This document shows, piece after piece, positions 50,001-58,090 of a DNA stretch of 63,249 nt. The notes under the pieces were generated by a model. It saw only the letters and a program-made list of their open reading frames with translations, was not told where the DNA came from and did no database searches. The stretch's first letter is position 1. Every line of letters begins with the position of its first letter. The stretch comes from a virus. Position numbers and translations under genes: made by a program. The stretch is taken from IMG/VR virus record IMGVR_UViG_3300037483_000205; one strand, written 5' to 3'.

Positions 50001-50968
50001 GCTTGTCGTTGCTCCGGTGTAGCCGACTGAGGATCTTCGATAATGGTATTTACTGCCTTGGCACTCCGAGCGTTGCTGTAGTTCGCATGAAGCCCGAACG
50101 GGGCGAGGAACGCAGTCATGCCGAGAGTCGGGCCGACAACGCCTTTCATCTGCTCAAACGGGTCAACATCGACCCCTGCTTCTCGCTCTACGCTTGCCTG
50201 CAATACAGCCTGTCCGATCTCCGTACCAACCTCGCCGACGGCGGTAGTCACGAGCCCCTTGGCGAATGGTTTCCAGACTGCGGTATCTGTCGCCTTGGCA
50301 AGAGTTCCAGCTACGGTTGGAGACGCGGCCTTACCTAGTGCCTTACCGGCTATACCGACAAACTTACCACCGACATACGTACCGAGTGCTTCGCCTGCTC
50401 CTTCGATCGCCAGGTTCTTCCACCCAGCAGATCTGGCTACTTCGTCCGACGCCCCTGCGGCCTTGACTGATTCGAGAGTCTGTTGCCCTTGCTGCATCGC
50501 TGCAGGAGCTACACCCAGAACGGAAGATATTGCAAGCCCAGTCCCTGCGCCTACGGCGAGAGCAGGCGACGCAGCACCAGCGAGAGCAAGCCCTCCGCCA
50601 ACGACTAGAGGAGCGGCTACGGACGGAGCAAGCATCTCTCCACCCTCGGCGAGGGAGTTTACCACGGCCCCATGTTCTCCGGGGCGAAGCTTGTTCTCCG
50701 GCAACTCCTGTCTTGCTTTAGCTGCGTCGGCGATTGATTTCCCTTTCTCGTAGACGCTCTGCCTGAACCCTCCACCTGTTGGCTCTCCAAGCCACTGCAT
50801 GGCCTGGCCGGCCTGAAGAGGCAGTCCTTCGGTTACGCCGCCGCGAACGCCGGTCCATATCTCACCTCCAGCAGAGCGAGGTTTCTGGCGGATACCCGCT
50901 GCCGGGGCGAGCAGAGTATCGAACGGGCCTCCACTAGGCTGCGCGAGAAGATCGTCGAAATCGGCCAT
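44093..50968 (-). CDS. Giant polyvalent virion (ejected) protein: hydrophobic N-terminus, two zincin HExxH motifs, ART-like domain, C-terminal TM region
   Basis: 2291 aa. HELVH at 48817..48803. HEAGH at 48103..48089. ART-like GEPLVVYHGT..SWFSADPSYAGEYA..FAVFEPTQIKS at about 47660..47115. Gly/Ala-rich hydrophobic stretches at both ends. Confidence 0.8.
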   Translation of the reverse strand: MADFDDLLAQPSGGPFDTLLAPAAGIRQKPRSAGGEIWTGVRGGVTEGLPLQAGQAMQWLGEPTGGGFRQSVYEKGKSIADAAKARQELPENKLRPGEHGAVVNSLAEGGEMLAPSVAAPLVVGGGLALAGAASPALAVGAGTGLAISSVLGVAPAAMQQGQQTLESVKAAGASDEVARSAGWKNLAIEGAGEALGTYVGGKFVGIAGKALGKAASPTVAGTLAKATDTAVWKPFAKGLVTTAVGEVGTEIGQAVLQASVEREAGVDVDPFEQMKGVVGPTLGMTAFLAPFGLHANYSNARSAKAVNTIIEDPQSATPEQRQAVVDELHKQAVANKVPDADQWLTGAKEDIAAGLPIRRVANVIREEQVEPADPATQAAPATNTVQAETLNQATPDEVKIDKVEDGVATVTVGDRTVELPVKEAAEAVAKGNLEEVLAEKEAKPVVEELPQEVSLPTTTFLRQDGETRGFLPPEGKTIDDVRAETEGLSPAEKLNWFKENKASNYRYKLLDKQEEPEIAPLEEQRPAEPGAFERLQAGAEPAPQEVRNDNPEQDTSQVAGTDPLQTGGGVLGEAQGDLRTSSEVARQGTEVAQEINDEFSVPEEPAQAPEEVQARLAETEAKFAPKEPAPSDGSFEALDSLSETATKQTITTGDLFTTLEQSPDENVKKLGGFLKSFTPGSKLETAVKVDPAAKTAGYAPGKNEITVKDLKNAPTSLHELVHSVTVRELKVRPDMQKRVREVMALVKAQVTQLGLISKDTISNIEIAGGSKAFKNKFLAGELSGMEQIGYGLLNEQEFLAQAFSSPQFQGVLKATQIKTGGKYRSAWDALVEKVMQVLGIEAKHASAFSEALSIAAQLASTDVSGAPLQAQSTKGGSTFVARVQEDLKKFLGKGYDNLVKRGKLEVVRNANDLGTEGEVLRTSKGTVAGSYFPSQKKVVLFSDNLQPGDVEDIMRHEAGHALLNEDKVFRAKRSAILKDFAYLAKNNPKIKEAFDKVPADTAKGFRGEEALLYWIQNPSNRKHSIFKRIISAVKAALYRLGIAHGRLSESDLVALFSQGTKAWSRREQDQDLTKGRTLGEVLGEFAQDAKLSVKEAGRKIQGLDAFKKWFGDSKVVDENGEPLVVYHGTNASDFSTFDTKTPEASWFSADPSYAGEYADGEEDARLYPVYLRLTNPFDFGFRDTLTRVTIADMASRVKQGVLDSFAAGRIGKDEARKLVADLDDVSRRKVHVGVYSPVYQWWQGEFALTDALRAAGYDGIVAREGGKSQYPTFAVFEPTQIKSIFNRGTWSQTDPDILFSVVSDKMKEGRKKVDQILDAVQDPKSRLRDIYVKYAPQWLAVMPRSHLAQTLGKRIHWLADIDKHNKKMEAIKAQLPDDFYAIYQDAERIAEKNSGLKAFNNLLLTGTFNQMAPWLDLEEQDWYGKSLVETEKAWKKEGMAKTTGKSFAEAHQEVRTAWNGLKPAEQEQVKKIVDYLASLRERERNNLLAVIEASSEGNPTLREQLMTQFNATFGKLKGIYLPLSRYGEYILKFTTKDGREQTEFFMSPGERRVFRKQMEDQGVDPDTFVEDVKRETQKGEAVIPQALREQLGKALEAKYLTGVDLEDAGAVSEAQARAADAFSDLNQVILRWMPETSALKNSIHRKNVLGASTDMLRSSMDYVLRHAGSIAWMEYGRKIEEDIQGFEQENKDKVTDREGSINMDMRTHLVNDARRWFQAVKNERVSPIASTLGKFSTAYYMTSPSTFLVQLTQLPVLTLPALSRKFSSLPKATAALTEGLRKAFSKKYSKDAMYGDADVNRVYADLHLKVTEKNRVGDRQLGEDFYSPAEKLQRIKGLKSDYQRELLALRESLARGDLDISAVHEASDIAQGKQTTAVGKALRYAMLPMQHGELGSRKATVLATYKLATDAKQDFFSALNDSSEIVGGTLYNYAKSDKGWFMQGDTVRTLTTFQTYRIKTALRMGILLMQALKGENAPIEQAIKAGASAETIQKLREKSKEVRQAALKEFLGVTAMSAALAGVHGTIIGSMVFGLANLFGGDDDEPYDAEMEFDKWVTENAGSLFGGIISYGLPTAVGTNLSKRIGMGDLYGVSSEPPENMHGAQLAAWYAGNLIGPSFSVAQSWVKGYDQMVNKGNYMRGLEEALPKPLKDGLKAIRVASDGLKTGAGKKLLADEAIGPDEILMIGLGFQPDEVAKAQGAERSLNKIGTQLSERRGRLIRDAAKAIVDSEDTEGPMSAIATFNAKLPLFAINGSDLRPAVRRLVLGEVGTTGLRQRQIASQFGVPVYMGE

Positions 50969-52191
50969 TACTTCAGTTCTCCGTTCTTAACCTTCATGAA
51001 TATACTTGACTGTTCTTCCTGTGTCTGACCCTTCTTCATGTGCTTGGCCGCTATACTCTTCTGCTCAGGAGATAAGGACGCGGCCACGGTCGAGAAAGAG
51101 TCCTTTGGAGTCGCCACTTGGTAGTTACCCGCTCGGTCGATGTAACCGCCGTACGGAGTCTTGGTCACCCCTCCACCAGGAGTGATAGACTCAATCTCCC
51201 CATAGTGTACCTTTGGAGGTTCTGGCATCCCCGCTACGTCCGCTTTAGCGGAAAGTAAGCTGGCGTTCGCCAGCGCCTCTCGACGCTGTGCGTCCCTGAA
51301 TCCCTGCTGGGATTTATTCTCTCCCGGCATCTCCGCCGCAGACGTACCTGCAAGCAGAGCTTGGGCCTGCTGAAGAGGAACGCCGCCAGTCACTGTAGAA
51401 TACAGTGTGTTCTCCGCGCCGAACCTGTTTACAAGCGCAGCGTTGTACGCATTGATGCCTTGATTTCTGGCAGCTATTTCTGCAGCAGGGTCGGCGTAGA
51501 TGGCGTTCTGTCCTCTCCATCCGATGATCTTCGGCTCTACTCGTGAAACGGGGGACATTAACGAAGGCGCTGTCGGGGTGCCAAGGGACACAGTTCGCTT
51601 GCCGGCGTCATCGAAAGAAGTAGTGACGTTTCCGCTGACTGTTGTCCCTCGGAAACCTGAGGGCTGCGTAGGAGCAGCGGCGGTCGCTGCCGACGTCGGC
51701 GCCCCTCGCCAAGTATTCCTCGTCAGCGTATCCGGACGACCTTCGGACCTTGCTTTTGCGTCGGCAAGCGCTCTGTCCAACTGCATTTCGTCGTGCCCTG
51801 CTTGGGTAATTACTCTGGTGCCGTTGGGGAGCGTAGTGTATGTCGGCTCGGGAGGGACGTAGGTTCTCGGAGCCTCGGGCGCGAAGCGCTCATGGGCGAC
51901 GGCAACCGGCGGAGCAGTACTTGCTTGCATTCTCGGCACGATTCCTTGTGCAGTTGTGCTCCCTGGAACGGGTCCAGAGAAAACGTTCGGGCTGGCTACT
52001 CCAGATGCGTTCGGAGGTGTCCGCAGGAACGAGGACTGGTCTCGTAGCATCCTCGCTCCAATCATGGCCTCTCGTTCCGCTTGCGGCTTGGCGATCGATT
52101 GTTCGATTGCCTGGGCTACAGGGTTGACCGTACTCAACGCCTGCGGCTTGATCCCCAGTTCGTCAGGCCTCACTTTTGCCATATCTACCAT
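50968..52191 (-). CDS. Hypothetical virion (internal) protein (407 aa)
   Basis: SD AGGAGG. TAATG overlap with the giant gene. Pro/Ala/Thr-rich. Confidence 0.75.
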   Translation of the reverse strand: MVDMAKVRPDELGIKPQALSTVNPVAQAIEQSIAKPQAEREAMIGARMLRDQSSFLRTPPNASGVASPNVFSGPVPGSTTAQGIVPRMQASTAPPVAVAHERFAPEAPRTYVPPEPTYTTLPNGTRVITQAGHDEMQLDRALADAKARSEGRPDTLTRNTWRGAPTSAATAAAPTQPSGFRGTTVSGNVTTSFDDAGKRTVSLGTPTAPSLMSPVSRVEPKIIGWRGQNAIYADPAAEIAARNQGINAYNAALVNRFGAENTLYSTVTGGVPLQQAQALLAGTSAAEMPGENKSQQGFRDAQRREALANASLLSAKADVAGMPEPPKVHYGEIESITPGGGVTKTPYGGYIDRAGNYQVATPKDSFSTVAASLSPEQKSIAAKHMKKGQTQEEQSSIFMKVKNGELK

Positions 52192-52202
52192 ATCTAAACC
52201 TC

Positions 52203-54173
52203 CTACCCTTGGATAATTGTCTGCTCGACGGTGCTGTCGCTGGTGGTCTCGCTTTCCGAATGACTGTCGATGTACGAGTTGCTATCGCTCTTCTGCTCGC
52301 TGTACGACTCTGTCAAGCTTTCGTTGAACCCGATCTGCGCGTTCGCCGAGACGCTGGTAAGCGCCGATGCGACCTTCTGCGTGTAGAGACCTGCTACGGC
52401 CTTGAGGGCTTCCATCTGGATCTCTTTGGCTGCCGTAGCTGCTCGCAGGTTGGCGTCCATCTCTTTGACGATCAGTTCGGCTCTGCCGACTACTTCGCTG
52501 ACCTGCGCCTTAAAGTTGTCGACTTTCGCTCTCAGGTACTCGCCCTCACGACGAACCTCGGCGTCGTAGCCTGCCATTTGGGCGGTATAGACTTTAGCCC
52601 CGGTTTCATCTTTGCCCAACTCATATTGCGTGTCCGCTTTATACTTGTCGAGGGCGGAAGTAAGTACAGCGACTTTGTCCTTATTCCCTTCGACGAGGGC
52701 TTGCATCTGCGCGAGGTTGATGTCTGCAACAACTTTCGTTGCTTGGACCTGCGTAGCATAGGCAGTAACCTGCTTACCGTACAGGTCGACCTTGGCAGTC
52801 TCCCCGGCGATGCGGGCTTGGTACAGGTTGAACTTGGCGGTAACGCCAGAAATCTGCGCGACGACCGCATCGATCTTCGCTTTGAAGGCGTCAATGCGTG
52901 CCCTATCAATATCAGTTTGCAGTCGGGCGCCGTCCATCTGGGCCTTGTAAAGCTCGATCAGAACTTTCAGAGCGTCGACCCGAGCAGAGTAAATCTGCAC
53001 CTTCTGAAGCTGAAGCTCTCCATGGATCTTCGCCCCCTCCATCTGCGCTTTGTAAAGCTCGACTTTGGCAAGCTCGGCCCGGATACGGGACTCGAAGACT
53101 TGAGCGAGAGCTTTGTAGCCCTCCATCCTTGCGTTGAACGCATCAATCTTCAGTTTGAAAGCGTCGATCACTGCCTGCACTCGGTAGCGGGCGACCTCGA
53201 AGGCTCGCTGAGCCACCTGATTGGTGAAGTCCATGACCTGCTTCTCGAAGGTCATCCCGGAAGTAATGGCGAACTGGGTCTGCTGCTGTTGCAACTCGGC
53301 CCGCTTGAAAGTAATATCTCGGTCGAGGTTCAGCCTTGCTCTTGTGTCTTCGGCGAGAGCCTCTTGGAGTGCAGAAGATAGGACGCCATCAGGCATCTCG
53401 TAGTTCCATTGCTCCCAGTTATTGAGGACCTGATTATAGGCTTTTACAAGCTCAACGTCCAGATTGGACAGGGCGCGTTCCCAGACCGCCGTCCAGACTT
53501 CTTCGGTGTAGACCGAAGTGCCTATCGTAACATCGTTATACAACTTCGTCTTGATGGCGTCAGCCAGATCGGACTGGTAGGTCGCTTCGCTGTAGACGAA
53601 CATCGGCTCGGGAGGCGTCAGGTCTGCCGTCGGCAGTTCTCCTTCGAACTGGGCGAAGGCAATCTCCGGAGGAGACGGGAGGACTACGTCGTCGAGCGTG
53701 GGGACCGGCGGCATGTCGAGTGTGGGGGACACTGGTATTTCAGGATCTGAAATAGCGGGTACATCCGTAGGAACTACGGGGAGAGTGTCGTCCGGAGCAT
53801 CGGGGAGCGTCACCGAAGGTGAAATCGCTTCGAGGCTCGGCAGGTCTACCTGAGCGACAGTAATGTCGACGAGGCCAAGGAGGGCACGAAGGGCGGCGAT
53901 ATCGCTTAACTCTACGAGTTCGGCCTGCGAGACATAGGGCTCTACGGCGTCCGGGGTTGGGGCTTCTCCGATATTGGGAGGAGACAACGTCTCCAACGAG
54001 AGATCGAGGTTCTCCATCGGGACAGAGAAGTCACCTACGGCGAGAGCGTCAAGGGCTGCGACCGACTCTGCATCATATTGGTTCACAAGGTCTTCCGACA
54101 TCCCGAACCTTGCGGTCACGAGGTCTGAGGCGACATTCTGAACAGGTGTCAATTGGAAACTACTTAGCGCCAT
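52203..54173 (-). CDS. Coiled-coil virion protein (656 aa) with a reiterated helical repeat
   Basis: Acidic Pro-rich N-terminus, then repeats such as KVELYKAQMEGAK / LIELYKAQMDGAR / KFNLYQARIAGET / KVDLYGKQVTAYA. SD AAGGAGG. Confidence 0.75.
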   Translation of the reverse strand: MALSSFQLTPVQNVASDLVTARFGMSEDLVNQYDAESVAALDALAVGDFSVPMENLDLSLETLSPPNIGEAPTPDAVEPYVSQAELVELSDIAALRALLGLVDITVAQVDLPSLEAISPSVTLPDAPDDTLPVVPTDVPAISDPEIPVSPTLDMPPVPTLDDVVLPSPPEIAFAQFEGELPTADLTPPEPMFVYSEATYQSDLADAIKTKLYNDVTIGTSVYTEEVWTAVWERALSNLDVELVKAYNQVLNNWEQWNYEMPDGVLSSALQEALAEDTRARLNLDRDITFKRAELQQQQTQFAITSGMTFEKQVMDFTNQVAQRAFEVARYRVQAVIDAFKLKIDAFNARMEGYKALAQVFESRIRAELAKVELYKAQMEGAKIHGELQLQKVQIYSARVDALKVLIELYKAQMDGARLQTDIDRARIDAFKAKIDAVVAQISGVTAKFNLYQARIAGETAKVDLYGKQVTAYATQVQATKVVADINLAQMQALVEGNKDKVAVLTSALDKYKADTQYELGKDETGAKVYTAQMAGYDAEVRREGEYLRAKVDNFKAQVSEVVGRAELIVKEMDANLRAATAAKEIQMEALKAVAGLYTQKVASALTSVSANAQIGFNESLTESYSEQKSDSNSYIDSHSESETTSDSTVEQTIIQG

Positions 54174-54187
54174 CTCGGCCTCCTTAT

Positions 54188-54215
54188 ATGTGTAACATGA
54201 GTATACCTCATGTCA
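54188..54215 (-). promoter_or_regulatory. Sigma70-type promoter TTGACA-N16-TACACA
   Basis: Minus sense: TTGACAtgaggtatactcatgtTACACAtataAGGAGG..ATG (54173). Confidence 0.5.
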
Positions 54216-54222
54216 AAATTAA

Positions 54223-55797
54223 TTACAAGATCATACCCATGAAGACTTCGCCCTTGAACTTAATATCTTCGCCGTTCGCCTGAATGTTCGGTATGGTATG
54301 GACATACGACTGTATGTCGGCGCCCTCGGGGACGAAGGTCGTTGTTGTTATATCCCGCCCGTTATCGGTCACGTTATTTGGGCCGATGTAGTTGTAGTGG
54401 AACGCCGCACACTTCTCTTCGAGGTAGAAGCCGTCTTCGTCATATTGCCAGGTATTTACCCTGCCGCACATTATCCCTGCAGTGCTGGCAAGACTTTCTT
54501 CTCCGTAATATTTTAACATATTTCTGTCGGAGTAGCACTCATATTGCACCATACCTACTTCAATAAGTCCAGACTGATCAGTCCTGTGAATATCTCCCTG
54601 GAATGCATCAATGTAATTCGCTCTTGTCTCTGTGAAATCTGGCGGAGAGTAGAACGGGAAGGTGTCTTCGTTAACTTGAAAATGGTAAGCACGAGATGTC
54701 ACATTTGGTAACATCTCCGGGCCTTGCTGGCTTGCATGATGCGCCTCACAGTCGGACATCGTGTTAGACTTGGTGTCTGTACACGAGTCAACTATATCAA
54801 CGTAAAAACAAGCAAAATTTTCGATATCTTCGAGGTTCATTCCTTTAACTACCACACTAGAAAAGTTGTAATTAAGTAATGCCTCACCATTAAAATAAGA
54901 ATATTCGTATGTTATTAACGGATTAGGAACATTAACACAACTTCCTAAGTGGTAAGTGCCAGATATCCCGATTTTTGATTTTGCAAGGTGTTCTTCATAC
55001 TCATCGATATTAAGTTTGTCACCTTTGTACTTGTAATAATGGTAGAATGTATCATCATATGAAAAATCAATATCGTAAGTTGGAATATATACAGGTTCTG
55101 GACCAACGCATGGAGCAGGGTACGCATCGTGACACGCAAGGCATTCCACACACCTGCTAGGATTGCTCAATCGGTATGCCGTCCATAAAGCATCATATCC
55201 GTAAATAGTAGTTCTCGGATCTTCGATATAAGAAAAATTATGGTCGTAGAGTAATCCACCGGCGACATTATACATATCGAGAGTCCCAGTATCTCTCGTC
55301 CCGGTTTGAGCAATAAAGTAAAGCTGAAGTTCTCCATCAGTGGATAGGAATTTCCTATTCAGCGCAGCTTCGTTGGTATCAGACATTTGCTCCGCGGTAA
55401 CCCCAAGGGTGTTCCTAAATACTCGGTACGGCCCTTCGAACGTGCCACTCATGCAAGCAACCCAGTACTGGTTATCAGTACTTCGGATACATGGGACGAA
55501 TTGAGCTAAGGGGGTCGGAACTACCGGTTCTTCGAACTTCTTCTCTTCTACTGGAGGCTTGCCCGCGTCGCAGGACACGACGATGTTCTCCGCCCCATTC
55601 ACGGACTGCATGTAGACCGTGCCTACGTATTGACCCGAAGAATCAAAGAACTTCTTCGTCTCCGAATAGATCGCAAGATCCTGGAAAGACTGGTTCCTCC
55701 GGAAGTCGAACATCAGACGAGGCACATGAGCCTCGGCGAGCGAACGGGCCTGGACCCTGTCTCCCTTCAGATCGACGTTCGTCGTCTTGGCAGCCAT
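54223..55797 (-). CDS. Hypothetical tail or virion protein (524 aa)
   Basis: TGATG overlap with the upstream gene. Tyr/Asn/Cys-rich. No family recognised. Confidence 0.75.
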   Translation of the reverse strand: MAAKTTNVDLKGDRVQARSLAEAHVPRLMFDFRRNQSFQDLAIYSETKKFFDSSGQYVGTVYMQSVNGAENIVVSCDAGKPPVEEKKFEEPVVPTPLAQFVPCIRSTDNQYWVACMSGTFEGPYRVFRNTLGVTAEQMSDTNEAALNRKFLSTDGELQLYFIAQTGTRDTGTLDMYNVAGGLLYDHNFSYIEDPRTTIYGYDALWTAYRLSNPSRCVECLACHDAYPAPCVGPEPVYIPTYDIDFSYDDTFYHYYKYKGDKLNIDEYEEHLAKSKIGISGTYHLGSCVNVPNPLITYEYSYFNGEALLNYNFSSVVVKGMNLEDIENFACFYVDIVDSCTDTKSNTMSDCEAHHASQQGPEMLPNVTSRAYHFQVNEDTFPFYSPPDFTETRANYIDAFQGDIHRTDQSGLIEVGMVQYECYSDRNMLKYYGEESLASTAGIMCGRVNTWQYDEDGFYLEEKCAAFHYNYIGPNNVTDNGRDITTTTFVPEGADIQSYVHTIPNIQANGEDIKFKGEVFMGMIL

Positions 55798-56276
55798 CAG
55801 CGTTTCTTGCGTTTGAGGAATACCGGAGCGAGGGCGAGGAAGTCGAGAGAGAAGTTGCCGGTACCTGCGACCCGGACCTTCCAGTACCGAGCCTTGCCGT
55901 ACAGATACTTCTTCAGGGTTTTGAACATGTCCTGCTGAACTTGCCCCGACGTAGTCGGGGAAAGCGTATAAGAACGGGCATGGGCAGTATCCTCATCCCC
56001 TGTAAGGGTAACGGTAACGTTACCAACTGATTCATATCCGATGTCATACGCCTCGATAGTCTTTTGCTCTCTACTCTCGAAGTCATGGGTCGGAGTGTCC
56101 AGCCACCAAGAGATTGCGGTCCCTGCGTCGGTCGTCCCGCCTTCTTCGAAAATTCCGGTGTCGCCGAACATGACGAGTTTACCGTTGAACTCGACGATGG
56201 AGTCGAAGGGCATGTTGGTGTACTGACTCGGCGCCTTATTGAGGGTGTTCATTGCGATGGTAAGTCTGTCAGACAT
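55797..56276 (-). CDS. Hypothetical virion protein (159 aa)
   Basis: SD TAGGAGAA. Confidence 0.75.
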   Translation of the reverse strand: MSDRLTIAMNTLNKAPSQYTNMPFDSIVEFNGKLVMFGDTGIFEEGGTTDAGTAISWWLDTPTHDFESREQKTIEAYDIGYESVGNVTVTLTGDEDTAHARSYTLSPTTSGQVQQDMFKTLKKYLYGKARYWKVRVAGTGNFSLDFLALAPVFLKRKKR

Positions 56277-56285
56277 GGTGTTCTC

Positions 56286-57701
56286 CTAAGAAGGTCGTGT
56301 ATACGACAGGATGTAATCGTCGAACCGGGCCATGGCCGCGCCTTCGAGGTAGAACTTAGGAACTGGGAGGGTCACTACCAGTGACCCGGAGATGTCCTCA
56401 TATGAAGACATCAATATCTCCGGTACAGGGAGCGTTGCAAGCAACGAAGCAACAGTCCCAACAGACCCTGAGAGGAGGACTTGGAGAGGGGGGATCTCCA
56501 GGAGGAGGACTCCCAGAGTCTGTTGGCTTGCTGTGAAACTTACGCCGATCGGCGGGAGAGAGATTTGTAATTGCGCGAGCTGGCCTACCGTTCCTTCAAG
56601 CAGGACTTCGAGCGCCGGGAAGTTCAGGTGCAGGTCGGCGGCGAGGCCGGTCGTTCCGGACAGAGCCGCTTCGATTACTGCGAGGTCAAAGGCCAAGGCT
56701 GCGCCGGTTTGGGCATCGAAGACGAGGGGCGGGAGGTCGAGGTCTAAGGAGCAGGTTGCTCCTGAGACCGCCGTCAGGACAAAGTCCTGGAACGGGATTT
56801 CGAGGGCCAGGCTTGAGCCTGAACCAAGCAGTACCTGGGGTACGGGCAAAGTGAAGTCGAGCCACGCCGGAGACGAAGTCTCTCCGAGAAATTCAATCTC
56901 CGGGAGAGATACGATGAGGTCGCAGTTTACCCCTTTAGCTTCGATCGCTACAGCGATAGGAGGAAGGGAGAAGACGAAGTTTGCGTTGGTGGCTGTAGTC
57001 GCAATAGCGAACGCTGTCGTGGTATCACTTCCAGTTTCGGATGCTGCTATAGCTACTCCGATAATAGGGCAACCGGAAAGGGCTGCCGTGTCAGCTCCTG
57101 TTTCCGCCACTGCCATAGCTCCAAAAGTAATGCTTTCGTCAGTGAGGTATGCGGTGTCACTGCCGCTCTCAGTTGCAGCCATCGTGCCGGTTCTGTGAAC
57201 CGTAAGCCCGGCGAAACTCGCACTGTCGCTCCCTGCCTCTGTAGAGGCCAACTCCCCGGAAGTAGTTATTTCGACAGAGAAAACTTGCAACGTATCAGCA
57301 CTATACGTTGCATCGGCAACCGCCCACAGAACGCTCCAGTCCGTACCGTTGTCTGAATATTCAACGTTGAAGTTTAGAGGAGCTTCGTCATGATTCCCCC
57401 CTCTGGGCCAGATGGCAACTTCAATAATATCCGCAGAGTTTCCGGACCCCCAGTCGTACCCGACCCATCCTGATTGAGCTAGAAGAGCAACCCATCCGTC
57501 GGAGTTAAACGTGGAATAGACCCCGTTGAACGCCTCCGCCGGGAGATAACTGGAGCTATAGTCGCCGCCGGATAAGGCCGTTCCTCCAGTCGCTGCCTGT
57601 GCCCCTCCAACCGATTCCCGAAACTCCAGTTCGCCGAGGGAGATATGATCCCCGGCTATCGACCCTGAGCAGTTTATCCGCCAATAACGATGCGCAGCCA
57701 T
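56286..57701 (-). CDS. Virion protein: N-terminal discoidin/galactose-binding-like domain plus two tandem-repeat arrays
   Basis: 471 aa. N-terminal ..ISLGELEFRE...AFNG.....W......W.GYDWG....I.EV.IW.R.......P..F.VEYSDNGTDW. Four xE[ST]G[SA]D[ST] repeats, then about 10 repeats of ~21 aa built on LP-P-x-[VIL]. Confidence 0.75.
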   Translation of the reverse strand: MAAHRYWRINCSGSIAGDHISLGELEFRESVGGAQAATGGTALSGGDYSSSYLPAEAFNGVYSTFNSDGWVALLAQSGWVGYDWGSGNSADIIEVAIWPRGGNHDEAPLNFNVEYSDNGTDWSVLWAVADATYSADTLQVFSVEITTSGELASTEAGSDSASFAGLTVHRTGTMAATESGSDTAYLTDESITFGAMAVAETGADTAALSGCPIIGVAIAASETGSDTTTAFAIATTATNANFVFSLPPIAVAIEAKGVNCDLIVSLPEIEFLGETSSPAWLDFTLPVPQVLLGSGSSLALEIPFQDFVLTAVSGATCSLDLDLPPLVFDAQTGAALAFDLAVIEAALSGTTGLAADLHLNFPALEVLLEGTVGQLAQLQISLPPIGVSFTASQQTLGVLLLEIPPLQVLLSGSVGTVASLLATLPVPEILMSSYEDISGSLVVTLPVPKFYLEGAAMARFDDYILSYTRPS

Positions 57702-57704
57702 CTC

Positions 57705-58079
57705 TTATGCGTGCGTAACGGTAGCCGAAGTTATAGTTACCGTCTGGCCGGAGGTTATACTCACACTGTCCAGAATGATGTCCGTTCCGGACGTTCCGAC
57801 AGTAAGTCCGGTAATGATGTCCGTACTGTCTGAGTCTCGAATCCGAGCCTCTGCGGCAGTACCGGTATTGTCGGCGTCGGTGTCCGACCTCGGAGTAGTG
57901 AAAGTTAGTACTGCTCCGGAGGCTGTTCCGCAAGGATCGGCGAGAGGGATGGTCGCGAGGACCGAAGCCATGCCGGTCGTACCGATCTCAAGTTTACCTG
58001 CGCCTGACCCGGCGTCGATCGCGGTAGCGACCGCCGTCATTCGGGCCTGTTTAACTGCTGTGGTATAAGTTACTGCCAT
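57705..58079 (-). CDS. Hypothetical Thr/Ala/Gly-rich virion protein (124 aa)
   Basis: SD AAGGAGG. Related in composition and motifs to the upstream 245-aa protein. Confidence 0.75.
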   Translation of the reverse strand: MAVTYTTAVKQARMTAVATAIDAGSGAGKLEIGTTGMASVLATIPLADPCGTASGAVLTFTTPRSDTDADNTGTAAEARIRDSDSTDIITGLTVGTSGTDIILDSVSITSGQTVTITSATVTHA

Positions 58080-58090
58080 ATCTTACCTCC

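Noticed and set aside
48722-50338. 538-aa plus-strand ORF, and similar long ORFs at 45845..46789, 52176..53381, 49030..49479 and 50118..50753, antisense to the giant virion gene and its neighbours
   Set aside because: They are shadow ORFs. They lie antisense to strongly coding minus-strand genes, have Arg/Leu/Ser-rich low-complexity translations, lack an SD or plausible start context, and have no motifs.
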